From: an uncultured Alphaproteobacteria bacterium
GTDB taxonomy: Bacteria; Pseudomonadota; Alphaproteobacteria; Rhizobiales; Aestuariivirgaceae
Reading direction: 5' to 3'
Assembly (NCBI GenBank): GCA_963789175.1
Contig: CAWBJO010000009.1
Coordinates: 138,218-170,217, forward strand
Length of the DNA: 32,000 nt
Under the pieces are notes generated by a model. The model saw nothing but the letters and a program-made list of their open reading frames with translations. It did no database searches and had not been told where the DNA came from. The translations under genes were made by a program, and so were the position numbers. This document shows, piece after piece, positions 1 through 7,399 of this stretch; the stretch's first letter is position 1, and each line of letters begins with the position of its first letter.

Positions 1-21
1 AGCGCACCGCAGACCTGACGC

Positions 22-156
22 TCATTCGCGGTCGCCACCGCGCCCGCCCTTGCGAAACCAACCGGCACCGGCGGCTCCCAAAAGGAAGGCACCGATGCCG
101 ACGATGACGACGATCCACAGGAGGTTGTCAACGATGAGCCGCGGAATGTTCTCCAT
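22..156 (-). CDS. small hydrophobic protein, 44 aa (hypothetical, one predicted TM helix)
   Basis: Hand-translated ORF below the track length cut-off. ATG at 156-154, TGA at 24-22. Sequence MENIPRLIVDNLLWIVVIVGIGAFLLGAAGAGWFRKGGRGGDRE has a hydrophobic core then a basic tail. No family recognised. Confidence 0.3.
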   Translation of the reverse strand: MENIPRLIVDNLLWIVVIVGIGAFLLGAAGAGWFRKGGRGGDRE

Positions 157-173
157 CCCGCGATTCTAGGCGG

Positions 174-204
174 CCGCCCCGGGGTCTGTCGACCCTCGGG
201 GCGG
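174..204 (-). terminator. GC-rich hairpin downstream of the Gly-rich protein gene (terminator-like, no U tract)
   Basis: CCGCCCCGGGGTC (174-186) pairs with GACCC-T-CGGGGCGG (191-204). That gives a 13-bp stem with one bulged T and a 4-nt loop TGTC. It lies 21 nt after the stop at 225-227. No T run follows on either strand. Confidence 0.35.
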
Positions 205-224
205 ACGTCATTCACGCAGCCACG

Positions 225-761
225 CTAGAGCGAGGCGAGAGCGCTGCACAGCGCGACGATGTCGCTTCCGAACTTGCCGGGCGACGACATCACGGTCGTG
301 CACTTCTTCTGGAGAAGCTTCTGCTCGGCGGGCGACAGCTCGCCGAAGGCGCTGGCGACACCGCCGGGGGTGTGCCAGTGGCCGCCGCCGAGCAGGCCGC
401 CGGTGCCGATGGAGGTGCCGCCGGTCTGTCCGAGCGAGCCGACCGTCATGTTGCCGAGTGCGCCCTGTCCGCCGCCGAGGCTCAGCGTGCCCGTGCCGGT
501 CGATCCTCCGAAGCTGCCGAGATTGATGGTGCCGGTCGAGCGATTGCCGCTGCGGCTGATGTTGAAGTTGCCGGTCGAGCCCCCGCCAGTGCCGGCGTTG
601 CCGGAGACGGAATTTTGGTCACCGCCATTCGAGCCGCCGATGCCGATCGAGTTGCCGCCGATGTTGGTGCCGAGGCTCTGGGCGCCGGCCGGGAGGGCGA
701 AGGTCATGGCCGCCAGGCCCAGCACGCCGGCGACGACGATTGTCTCAAATTGCCGCTTCAT
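225..761 (-). CDS. secreted glycine/serine/threonine-rich repeat protein with Cys-containing C-terminal domain (hypothetical)
   Basis: ATG at 761-759 preceded by AGGAGAG. The N-terminal signal peptide MKRQFETIVVAGVLGLAAMTFALPAGAQS has an AGA-Q cleavage motif. A roughly 100-aa run of degenerate G-x-G/GGSTG repeats follows, then a non-repetitive tail with 2 Cys. Confidence 0.7.
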   Translation of the reverse strand: MKRQFETIVVAGVLGLAAMTFALPAGAQSLGTNIGGNSIGIGGSNGGDQNSVSGNAGTGGGSTGNFNISRSGNRSTGTINLGSFGGSTGTGTLSLGGGQGALGNMTVGSLGQTGGTSIGTGGLLGGGHWHTPGGVASAFGELSPAEQKLLQKKCTTVMSSPGKFGSDIVALCSALASL

Positions 762-940
762 GTCACTCTCCTAGAGTTGAACTTGTGCCCATTCTAACTC
801 ATGGTGCGGTGCATCTCACCGGAATGCATTCACCCGCCGCACACTTGCGGCGTGATTAAGCACCGGTTGCCGGATCGCTCAAATTTGTCGGAAGATTGAA
901 TGAAAATTCGAGGCTCGGTTTATCGTCAGCGTACTGACGA

Positions 941-1804
941 TCACGCGGGCACGGCGAGCCTCGCGTCGAGCCAGTCGAACAGCCTGTCGAAACCGCCGAA
1001 TGGATAGATGTGCGGCGCGGCGATGCGCAGCTCCGGCGCCTCGGCCGACAGGCGGGCGAGACCGGCGATGAAGTCGTCGGGCGCCGAAACGGTCAGCAGC
1101 TTCGAGACGTTGAGCGCCTGGCGGCGGATGAAGCGCGCCGAGTTGCCGACGCCGCACATGAGGGCGTATTTTGCGAGCGTCTTGATGGTCGCCGGTCCCG
1201 GCACGCCGACATGGATGGGAAGGTCGATGCCGGACGCCTTGAGCTCCTTCGCCCAGCGCGCCACCGGCTCCACCTCGAAGAGGAACTGCGTGGCGATATG
1301 GGCGGTGAGGCCGTGGGCGGCGGCGGCGGCCTGCTTGTCCCTGAGGGCGGTCAGCAGCATGGCCTCGCCGTGGCGGCGCACGATGTCGGGATTGCCTTCG
1401 GGATGGCCGGCAAGTCCGATGCGCCGGACGCCGTTCGCTTCGAAGAGGCCGGTCTCGATGAGGCCGAGGGCGGCGTCGTAAATGCCGAGCGGCTCCGATG
1501 CGCCGCCGCCGAGCACCAGCATGTGACTGACCTCAGCGCCCGACGCGAAGCGGCCGAGGCGATCGGCGAGGTCGTCGCGGTCTCGGATGAAGCGGGCGGG
1601 AACGTGCGGCACCGGCTCGAGCCCATGGGCGCGCACGGCGGCGGCGGCGGCGATCTGGCCGTCGCGGTCGGCGGGATCGATGAGGGCGATGAAGACCTTG
1701 GTGCCCGGCTTGAGCCTAGCGGCAATCAGGGGGAGCTTGTCGACCTGACGCGCCGTGATCTCGATCGACAGGCGGCTTAGGAAGTCGGAGATCTGGTCGG
1801 CCAT
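941..1804 (-). CDS. methylenetetrahydrofolate reductase family protein (MetF-like)
   Basis: 287 aa, ATG at 1804. Recognised from overall MTHFR-like pattern: SIEITARQ...VFIALID, MLVLGGG, GLAGHPEGNPDI (compare the AYPE-HPE motif of MetF). Assignment is by eye only. Confidence 0.6.
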   Translation of the reverse strand: MADQISDFLSRLSIEITARQVDKLPLIAARLKPGTKVFIALIDPADRDGQIAAAAAVRAHGLEPVPHVPARFIRDRDDLADRLGRFASGAEVSHMLVLGGGASEPLGIYDAALGLIETGLFEANGVRRIGLAGHPEGNPDIVRRHGEAMLLTALRDKQAAAAAHGLTAHIATQFLFEVEPVARWAKELKASGIDLPIHVGVPGPATIKTLAKYALMCGVGNSARFIRRQALNVSKLLTVSAPDDFIAGLARLSAEAPELRIAAPHIYPFGGFDRLFDWLDARLAVPA

Positions 1805-1999
1805 CGGGAACCCTGAATCGCGCCTGTCGGCTCATCGCCACATTGCCTCGCCGGGCGCGCGCCCAAGCGATATTTTCCGACAGGCGAAGCACGGATACGA
1901 CCTGCCCCTTGCAAAAATGTCGTTTCTGGTGTCTCAAATGACGCTTGCGTGCGGGGACGGCCCGACGCCCAAAACCCGAAGAGGACGGCTCACTTTCCC

Positions 2000-2995
2000 A
2001 TGTTCGGCGAGAAGCCCCGCGTGCTGCCGCAGCATTTTGCCTTCATCATGCTGCCCGAATTCACCATGATGCCGGTCACCTCGGCGATCGAGCCCCTGCG
2101 CATCGCCAACCGGCTGTCGGAAAAAGAGCTTTACGCCTGGTCCATGCACTCGCTGGACGGCCGGCCGGTCGCCGCGTCGAACGGCATCCTGGCCATGGTG
2201 AACGGGGATCTCGACGCGGTCGACGAGCACGCCACGGTCGTGGTTTGCGGCGGCCTCAACGTCCACCACCATGCCGACAAGCGGGTGCTGGCGTGGCTGC
2301 GCAAGGTGGCCCGGCGGGGCCGCGACGTCGGCGCGGTGTGCACGGGCGCCCACATCCTGGCCGAAGCGGGCGTGCTCGACGGCTATTCGTGCACCATCCA
2401 CTGGGAAAACCTGCCTGGATTCACCGAGGCCTTCCCCGAGATCCGGGTGACGGGCAGCCTGTTCGAGATCGACAAGGACCGGTTCTCGAGCGCCGGGGGG
2501 ACGACCGCGCTGGACATGATGCTCGCCCTCATCGCCAGCCAGCACGGGGCCGACCTTGCGGCGAGCGTCGCCGAGGCCATCCTGCACTCGCCCATCCGCC
2601 ATCACAGCGAGCATCAGCGCATGTCGCTGCCGGCCCGGATCGGGGCGCGGCATCCGAAGCTCGTCGGAATCATCGAAGAGATGGAGAACAATCTCGAGGA
2701 GCCTCTGTCGCCGAGCCTGCTGGCCAAGCGGGCCGGGCTGTCGACCCGCCAGCTCGAGCGGCTGTTCCGCCGCTATCTCGACCGGTCGCCGAAACGCTAT
2801 TACCTTGAGCTCAGGTTGAAAAAAGCACGCTCTCTTTTGCTGCAGACCGACATGTCGGTGATCAACGTCGCGCTCGCCTGCGGCTTCTCCTCGCCGTCGC
2901 ACTTTTCGAAATGCTACCGGGCTTTCTACGGCCGCACGCCCTATCGCGAGCGCGGCGTTCCCGTCCTCGAAACGCCGGCCAACATATCGATCTGA
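2000..2995 (+). CDS. GlxA-family transcriptional regulator (DJ-1/PfpI-like domain + AraC-type HTH)
   Basis: N-terminal DJ-1/PfpI-like region (FAFIMLPEFTMMPVTSAIEPLRIAN, VVVCGG, VCTGAHILAEAG). C-terminal AraC HTH (LAKRAGLSTRQLERLFRR, ACGFSSPSHFSKCYRAFYGRTP). Start moved to the internal ATG at 2000 (MFGEKPRV) because the upstream 17 codons are Arg/Pro-rich and look non-coding. Confidence 0.85.
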   Translation: MFGEKPRVLPQHFAFIMLPEFTMMPVTSAIEPLRIANRLSEKELYAWSMHSLDGRPVAASNGILAMVNGDLDAVDEHATVVVCGGLNVHHHADKRVLAWLRKVARRGRDVGAVCTGAHILAEAGVLDGYSCTIHWENLPGFTEAFPEIRVTGSLFEIDKDRFSSAGGTTALDMMLALIASQHGADLAASVAEAILHSPIRHHSEHQRMSLPARIGARHPKLVGIIEEMENNLEEPLSPSLLAKRAGLSTRQLERLFRRYLDRSPKRYYLELRLKKARSLLLQTDMSVINVALACGFSSPSHFSKCYRAFYGRTPYRERGVPVLETPANISI

Positions 2996-3013
2996 ACGGG
3001 TTCGACTCGTGAA

Positions 3014-3047
3014 AGCGGGGACGGACCGTCGACGATCCGTCCCCGCT
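3014..3047. terminator. perfect 12-bp inverted repeat between convergent genes (bidirectional terminator candidate)
   Basis: AGCGGGGACGGA (3014-3025), 10-nt loop, TCCGTCCCCGCT (3036-3047). It lies 19 nt after the regulator stop codon. The minus-strand version is followed by TTTCAC. Confidence 0.5.
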
Positions 3048-3310
3048 GACAGGATGCGCATCCGCGACCGGGGGCAATATGCAGACGGCACCCCATCAAT
3101 TGGGTTGGGCAGCGAAAATGGATGACGGTCCCGGTTCCCGATGCTGCGATCGCAACTTACTTTCCTATAAATCAAGTGCGTCCGAAAAGTAACAAAAGTT
3201 TTTGTTAGTTGGCGATGGTTTTCGAACATCACCGTCAACGTTCCGCCAACGCCGACAACCGGCCGCACGCGCCACGCACTGCAACCGCATGCTAGCCAAG
3301 GTCGTGAGCG

Positions 3311-4690
3311 TCAGGCCGGAACGGCCGGCAGCGTGAGCACGGCGCGCAGGCCGCCGTAGCGCGAGGCGTCGAGACGGATTTGGCCGTTGTACATGGACGC
3401 GGTCTCGGAGACGATGGACAGGCCGAGGCCGGAGCCCGGCTTCGTCTCGTCGAGGCGGCGGCCGCGCTTCAGCGCCTCGCCGCGCCGGCCTTCCGGCAGG
3501 CCCGGACCGTCGTCCTCGACCGCAAGCTCGAGCCAGCTTCGCCCCTGGGCGTCCTCGTGCTTCAGGTACTCCGCCTTCACGGCGATGCGGCGCTTCGCCC
3601 ATTTGCAGGCGTTGTCGAGGAGATTGCCGACCATCTCCTCCAGATCCTGCTTCTCGCCGCGGAACTTGAGCGACTCCGGGCAATCGACGGTGACCTCGAT
3701 GCCCTTCTCGGTGTGGATGCGGACGAGCGTGCGGCTGATGGCGTCGACGACGCTGCGGACATCGGAGATGGCGCCCAGGCTCTGGGCGCGGGCGGCGCGA
3801 CGGGCCCGGTCGAGATAGAGACTGACCTGGTCGCGCATGATGTCGGTCTGCTCCTTGATCTTGTCGGAGAGCCCGCCCTTGTGACGGGCGGCCTCGTTGT
3901 TGAGGACGCTCAAGGGAGTCTTCAGGGCGTGGGCAAGGTTGCCGACCTGGGTGCGGGCGCGCTCGACGATCTCGGTGTTGGCCTGGATCATGAGATTGAG
4001 CTCGCGGGCGATCGGCTCGACCTCCTCGGGATAGTCGCCGCGGATGCGGTCGCTGTCGCCCTGGCGGACCGAGTTGAGCTCGCTGCGCAGGAGCTGGAGG
4101 GGGCGGAGGCCGTAGCGCACCTGGACGATGACCGAGCCTAGGAAGCCCAGACCTAGGATGCTGAGGACGAGCACGAGGGCATTCGTGTAAGCCCAGATCT
4201 CGCCCTTCAGCTCGTCGAAATTGCCGGCGACGAGGACCGAGTACTCGGTGTTGCTGCCTTCGAAGCGGTAGCGCTGCTCGATGCCGCGCAGCTGGGTGGC
4301 GTTGGCGTCGAGGAGGTAGAAGCTGGCGACGCCCTCGCTGTCGCGCGCCGCGAGCTCGACGGGGCTCGGCGCGAGTTTCTGGTCGAGAAGCGAGGCGGAG
4401 GCAAGCGTCGGCGGCTGACCGACCGGCGCCACCTGCCAGTACCATCCCGACAGCGGCAGACCGAAACGCGTATCGGCGAGCGCATTGGGAAGCGTAAGGG
4501 TACGGCCATCGTCGGCGACCTCGACGTTCGACAGGACGCCGTCGAGGATCGCGTAGAGGCGCTCGTCGAAATTGCGTTCGACGGCCGACTTGAAGAGGTC
4601 GGCGAGGAGGACGCCGGCGGCGACGAAGAGGATGATGCTGATGATGGCGGCGGACGCCGCGAGGCGGAAGGCGAGCGAGTTAGACCGCAT
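3311..4690 (-). CDS. sensor histidine kinase (two TM segments, HAMP, HisKA, HATPase_c); FeuQ-like
   Basis: H-box AHALKTPLSVL, N-box LLDNACKWA, G1 DDGPGLPE, G2 GSGLGLSIV. N-terminal TM AASAAIISIILFVAAGVLLADL and second TM NALVLVLSILGLGFLGSVIV. The start overlaps the response-regulator stop by 11 nt. Confidence 0.9.
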   Translation of the reverse strand: MRSNSLAFRLAASAAIISIILFVAAGVLLADLFKSAVERNFDERLYAILDGVLSNVEVADDGRTLTLPNALADTRFGLPLSGWYWQVAPVGQPPTLASASLLDQKLAPSPVELAARDSEGVASFYLLDANATQLRGIEQRYRFEGSNTEYSVLVAGNFDELKGEIWAYTNALVLVLSILGLGFLGSVIVQVRYGLRPLQLLRSELNSVRQGDSDRIRGDYPEEVEPIARELNLMIQANTEIVERARTQVGNLAHALKTPLSVLNNEAARHKGGLSDKIKEQTDIMRDQVSLYLDRARRAARAQSLGAISDVRSVVDAISRTLVRIHTEKGIEVTVDCPESLKFRGEKQDLEEMVGNLLDNACKWAKRRIAVKAEYLKHEDAQGRSWLELAVEDDGPGLPEGRRGEALKRGRRLDETKPGSGLGLSIVSETASMYNGQIRLDASRYGGLRAVLTLPAVPA

Positions 4691-5351
4691 CGTCCGGCTC
4701 TGAGATGCAATAGCCCAGGCCGCGGATGGTCCTCAACAGGTCGACGCCGAGCTTCTTGCGGAGCCGGCCGACGAATACCTCGATGGTGTTCGAGTCGCGG
4801 TCGAAATCCTGGTCGTAGAGATGCTCGACAAGCTCGGTGCGCGACACGACGCGGCCCTTGTGCAGCATGAGATAGCTCAGGAGCCGGAACTCGAGGGAGG
4901 TGAGCTTGACGGCCTTGCCGTCGACCGTGACGCGGGCGCTCTTGGTGTCGAGCATGAGCGGTCCGCAGACGAACTCGCTCGAAGCCTGGCCGGCGCTGCG
5001 GCGCACGAGGGCGCGGATGCGGGCCAGGACTTCCTCCATGTGGAAGGGCTTGGAGACGTAGTCGTCGGCGCCAGCGTCGAAGCCCGCCACCTTGTCGCTC
5101 CAGCGATCGCGGGCGGTAAGGATGAGGACCGGGGTCTTGCGCCCGGCGCGCCGCCATTTCTCGAGAACGCTGACGCCGTCCATGACGGGAAGGCCGATGT
5201 CGAGAACGATGGCATCGTACGGCTCGGTGTCGCCGAGATAGTGGCCTTCCTCGCCGTCCTTGGCCGTGTCGACCGCATAACCGGCGTCGGTGAATGCGGT
5301 CACCAGCTGCCGGTTCAGGTCCGGGTCATCCTCAACCACCAACAGTCGCAT
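4680..5351 (-). CDS. OmpR-family response regulator (receiver + winged-helix); FeuP-like
   Basis: MRLLVVEDD...AIVLDIGLPVMDG (phospho-acceptor Asp), LILTARD, KPF. C-terminal trans_reg_C pattern LTSLEFRLLSYLM...TIEVFVGRLRKKL...IRGLGY. It resembles rhizobial FeuP from memory, so the symbol is left blank. Confidence 0.9.
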   Translation of the reverse strand: MRLLVVEDDPDLNRQLVTAFTDAGYAVDTAKDGEEGHYLGDTEPYDAIVLDIGLPVMDGVSVLEKWRRAGRKTPVLILTARDRWSDKVAGFDAGADDYVSKPFHMEEVLARIRALVRRSAGQASSEFVCGPLMLDTKSARVTVDGKAVKLTSLEFRLLSYLMLHKGRVVSRTELVEHLYDQDFDRDSNTIEVFVGRLRKKLGVDLLRTIRGLGYCISEPDDAV

Positions 5352-5391
5352 GCCGAACCCCTCTCATCTTCGCGGACGAAGCGTATGCCCT

Positions 5392-5877
5392 TCACTCACC
5401 CAGGACCTGGGCGGTGCGCGCATCGACGAGGACGCGGATCACCCGCCCGTCGACGCGCATCTTCACAGCATACATGGGGTTGGGGCCCTTCAAAAGCTTG
5501 ACGCCGAGAGCACGGCCGCCGGGCATATAGCTCAGTGCCTGGGTCAGCGCCTCGGTCGGACCGATGAGTCCGCCGCCGCCGCCATAGACGGGCGGCGGAT
5601 ATTCCTCTTCTTCGCCGAACGGCGGAGGTTCATAAGGCGGAGGCGGACGGATGCGCTGGCGCTTCTTGCGCTTGAGGACCTGGCCGCCCCAGAAGCCCTC
5701 GTCGCCCTGTGCATAAACACCGCCGCCGGGATCGATGCTGATCTCCCTGCCCTGCCCCTTCTTGCCGTTCGAGCAGACGCCGCCCGCACACGGGCCGGCA
5801 ATCACCTCGGCGCCCGCAAGCGAGGCGCCGAAGAGGATAGCCACCACGGCAGAGAGGATTACATTCTTATTCATCAT
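5392..5877 (-). CDS. periplasmic PepSY-domain protein with Pro-rich linker (FeuN-like position upstream of the two-component pair)
   Basis: Start set at the tandem ATG ATG (5877/5874), giving signal peptide MMNKNVILSAVVAILFGASLAGAEV. Pro/Glu-rich middle PPPPYEPPPFGEEEEYPPPVYGGGGG. PepSY-like C-terminus ALGVKLLKGPNPMYAVKMRVDGRVIRVLVDARTAQVLG. Confidence 0.7.
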   Translation of the reverse strand: MMNKNVILSAVVAILFGASLAGAEVIAGPCAGGVCSNGKKGQGREISIDPGGGVYAQGDEGFWGGQVLKRKKRQRIRPPPPYEPPPFGEEEEYPPPVYGGGGGLIGPTEALTQALSYMPGGRALGVKLLKGPNPMYAVKMRVDGRVIRVLVDARTAQVLGE

Positions 5878-5937
5878 ACGATCTCGAAGCGAGCCAAACT
5901 TATGAAAAAGCACATGAACGAAGCATGAATGTCAGAT

Positions 5938-6408
5938 TCAGCGGCGGGCGCGCGACTTGCTTCGACGGGGGCGCCCTTCGTTCCGCGCCCACAGGCGCCC
6001 CGCGATCTTCTCGACGCTACGGCCGCCGATATAGCCGCCGAGACCGATCGCGAGCAGGTTCCACACGGCATCCGGCAGCAGCGCAAGACGCGGCTCGAAG
6101 TCGAGCCTTCGGCCGGTAACCATCTCAGTACATGGGATCACGAAACCGAAAAGCAACAGGAAAGCCATGAGGAGGAACATGAGGGCCGGGCGCCAGCTGC
6201 GCGTCAGCCGGCTCTCGGCGATCTCAGCCAGGACGATGTCGCGCCGCCCCCGGACGAGCGTGCGACGATCCTGGCGCGAGCGAGGCGAGGCGGGGGCGAC
6301 GATCCGCCGCCCGCCTTTCAGGTTCAAGAGAACGCGTGCAAGGTTTGCGAGCCGGCCCGACGCCGCACCCGCCAGACGCGTGAACAGGAAGGCGAGGATC
6401 GCCGACAT
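5938..6408 (-). CDS. GTA-type holin (GTA_holin_3TM-like), 156 aa
   Basis: Internal ATG at 6408-6406 overlaps the lysozyme stop (TGATG). Three hydrophobic segments: MSAILAFLFTRLAGAA, WRPALMFLLMAFLLLFGFVIP, VWNLLAIGLGGYIGG. There is a highly basic C-terminal tail. The AE...SWRPA motif before the central TM matches my memory of the 3TM GTA holin family. The 49 codons upstream in the track ORF are Arg-rich and lie inside the lysozyme gene. Confidence 0.65.
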   Translation of the reverse strand: MSAILAFLFTRLAGAASGRLANLARVLLNLKGGRRIVAPASPRSRQDRRTLVRGRRDIVLAEIAESRLTRSWRPALMFLLMAFLLLFGFVIPCTEMVTGRRLDFEPRLALLPDAVWNLLAIGLGGYIGGRSVEKIAGRLWARNEGRPRRSKSRARR

Positions 6409-7127
6409 CAGATGCCCTCGCGCGCCGACTTGATGCACCGTTCGCGGATGATCCACACCGCCGCGACGACGACGACGGCGGCCGCCAGGCGGGGAAGGCT
6501 GGCGGCCACGTCGGGTCCGATCCACGCGCCGATCTCCTCCGATGCGGATGCGCAAGCCGCGACGGTCGCCGAAACCATCGCGGCGATGTTGGTGGTGCTG
6601 CGGCCGAAACTCTTCCCCGCGAGCGGCGCGACCGGGCGAAGGGCGACTTCGGGCTCGACTTCGCGCACCGGTTCGGCTTCACCGACCGGCTCCATGAACA
6701 GGGCAGCCTCGGCGGCGCGGCGGCGCACGAGACCGGGAAGGACGGTGCCGCCGGCGTTCACCCACAACGCAAGGCGGCGCGGGACGGAGGCGAACGCGCC
6801 GCGATTGACGGCGGCGAGCACGGACGATTTGCGGAAGGCGGGAAGCCCGACATTGTAGGCGAACGACACCAGCGCCGAGAACTGATTGTCGTTGAGCGTC
6901 GCGCGCAACGACGTGCGGACGCCGGCGGCGAAGCGCGCCAGGTCGCGCACCAGAATGCGGCGGGCCTCGGCGCGCGTGACCCGCATGCCGGCCGCCACCG
7001 CCGGCGGCCCCGCCCTGCCCGTATGTCCGTACCCTACGGTCAACACACCGACCGGATCGCGGTATGCCGCGGCACGGAAGCCCTCGAACTCGCAGACGAG
7101 CTTCACGCCTCGACCATTCATATTCAT
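6408..7127 (-). CDS. GH24 phage-type lysozyme (endolysin) with C-terminal hydrophobic anchor
   Basis: EFEGFRAAAYRDPVGVLTVGYGHT gives the Glu-x8-Asp-x5-Thr spacing of T4-lysozyme-type GH24. NQFSALVSFAYNVG is also typical. Start chosen at ATG 7127 (AAAGGA 9 nt upstream). The track start at 7160 is a TTG overlapping the upstream stop and remains possible. Confidence 0.85.
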   Translation of the reverse strand: MNMNGRGVKLVCEFEGFRAAAYRDPVGVLTVGYGHTGRAGPPAVAAGMRVTRAEARRILVRDLARFAAGVRTSLRATLNDNQFSALVSFAYNVGLPAFRKSSVLAAVNRGAFASVPRRLALWVNAGGTVLPGLVRRRAAEAALFMEPVGEAEPVREVEPEVALRPVAPLAGKSFGRSTTNIAAMVSATVAACASASEEIGAWIGPDVAASLPRLAAAVVVVAAVWIIRERCIKSAREGI

Positions 7128-7156
7128 CCCAGTCATTCCTTTCGTTTGATAGAGCG

Positions 7157-7399
7157 TCAACGAGACGCGAAAATATCGATCGCCTGACCGGCGAGGCCGC
7201 CGAGCGACGCGGAAACGGCGATGAGCACGGCAAGCAGGCGCGATCCGCCGCGCAAGGAAACGAGCGCGTCGCGGATGTCGCGCACGTCGGCGCGCAGCAC
7301 CCGCATCTCCTCCTCGACGGCCAGCAGCCCGACGCGCAGCTCACCGACTTCGCGGTCGATGGAAGCCTTGACGCTCCGGCTGGTCATGCGCGGGCTCAT
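7157..7399 (-). CDS. 80-aa coiled-coil protein with C-terminal TM helix (unknown; lysis or tail-fibre accessory candidate)
   Basis: ATG 7399-7397 overlaps the DUF2793 stop (ATGA). Heptad-like charged region IDREVGELRVGLLAVEEEMRVLRADVRDIRDALVSL, then TM LLAVLIAVSASLGGLAGQAI. No family recognised. Confidence 0.5.
   Translation of the reverse strand: MSPRMTSRSVKASIDREVGELRVGLLAVEEEMRVLRADVRDIRDALVSLRGGSRLLAVLIAVSASLGGLAGQAIDIFASR

Noticed and set aside
3217-3227. GGTTTTCGAAC, superficially like a tRNA T-arm
   Set aside because: The flanking sequence cannot form an acceptor stem, D-arm or anticodon arm, so this is not a tRNA.
1934-4445. 444-aa (1934-3268) and 426-aa (3165-4445) minus-strand ORFs, and the 316-aa ORF at 4207-5157
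   Set aside because: They overlap the GlxA-type regulator, kinase and response-regulator genes in other frames or strands. Their extremely Arg/Pro-rich sequence looks non-protein-like.
5929-6858. 309-aa plus-strand ORF across the holin/lysozyme region
   Set aside because: It is antisense to the GH24 lysozyme, which has an intact catalytic triad, and to the 3TM holin. Its composition is low-complexity and Arg/Ala/Thr-rich.
6679-7344. Embedded alternative-frame ORF (221 aa, MSCASGCW...) checked as a possible Rz1-like o-spanin inside the 80-aa/lysozyme genes
   Set aside because: It has no lipobox of the L-[ASTVI]-[GAS]-C type and no signal peptide. Its composition is Arg/Cys/Pro-rich and shadow-like.
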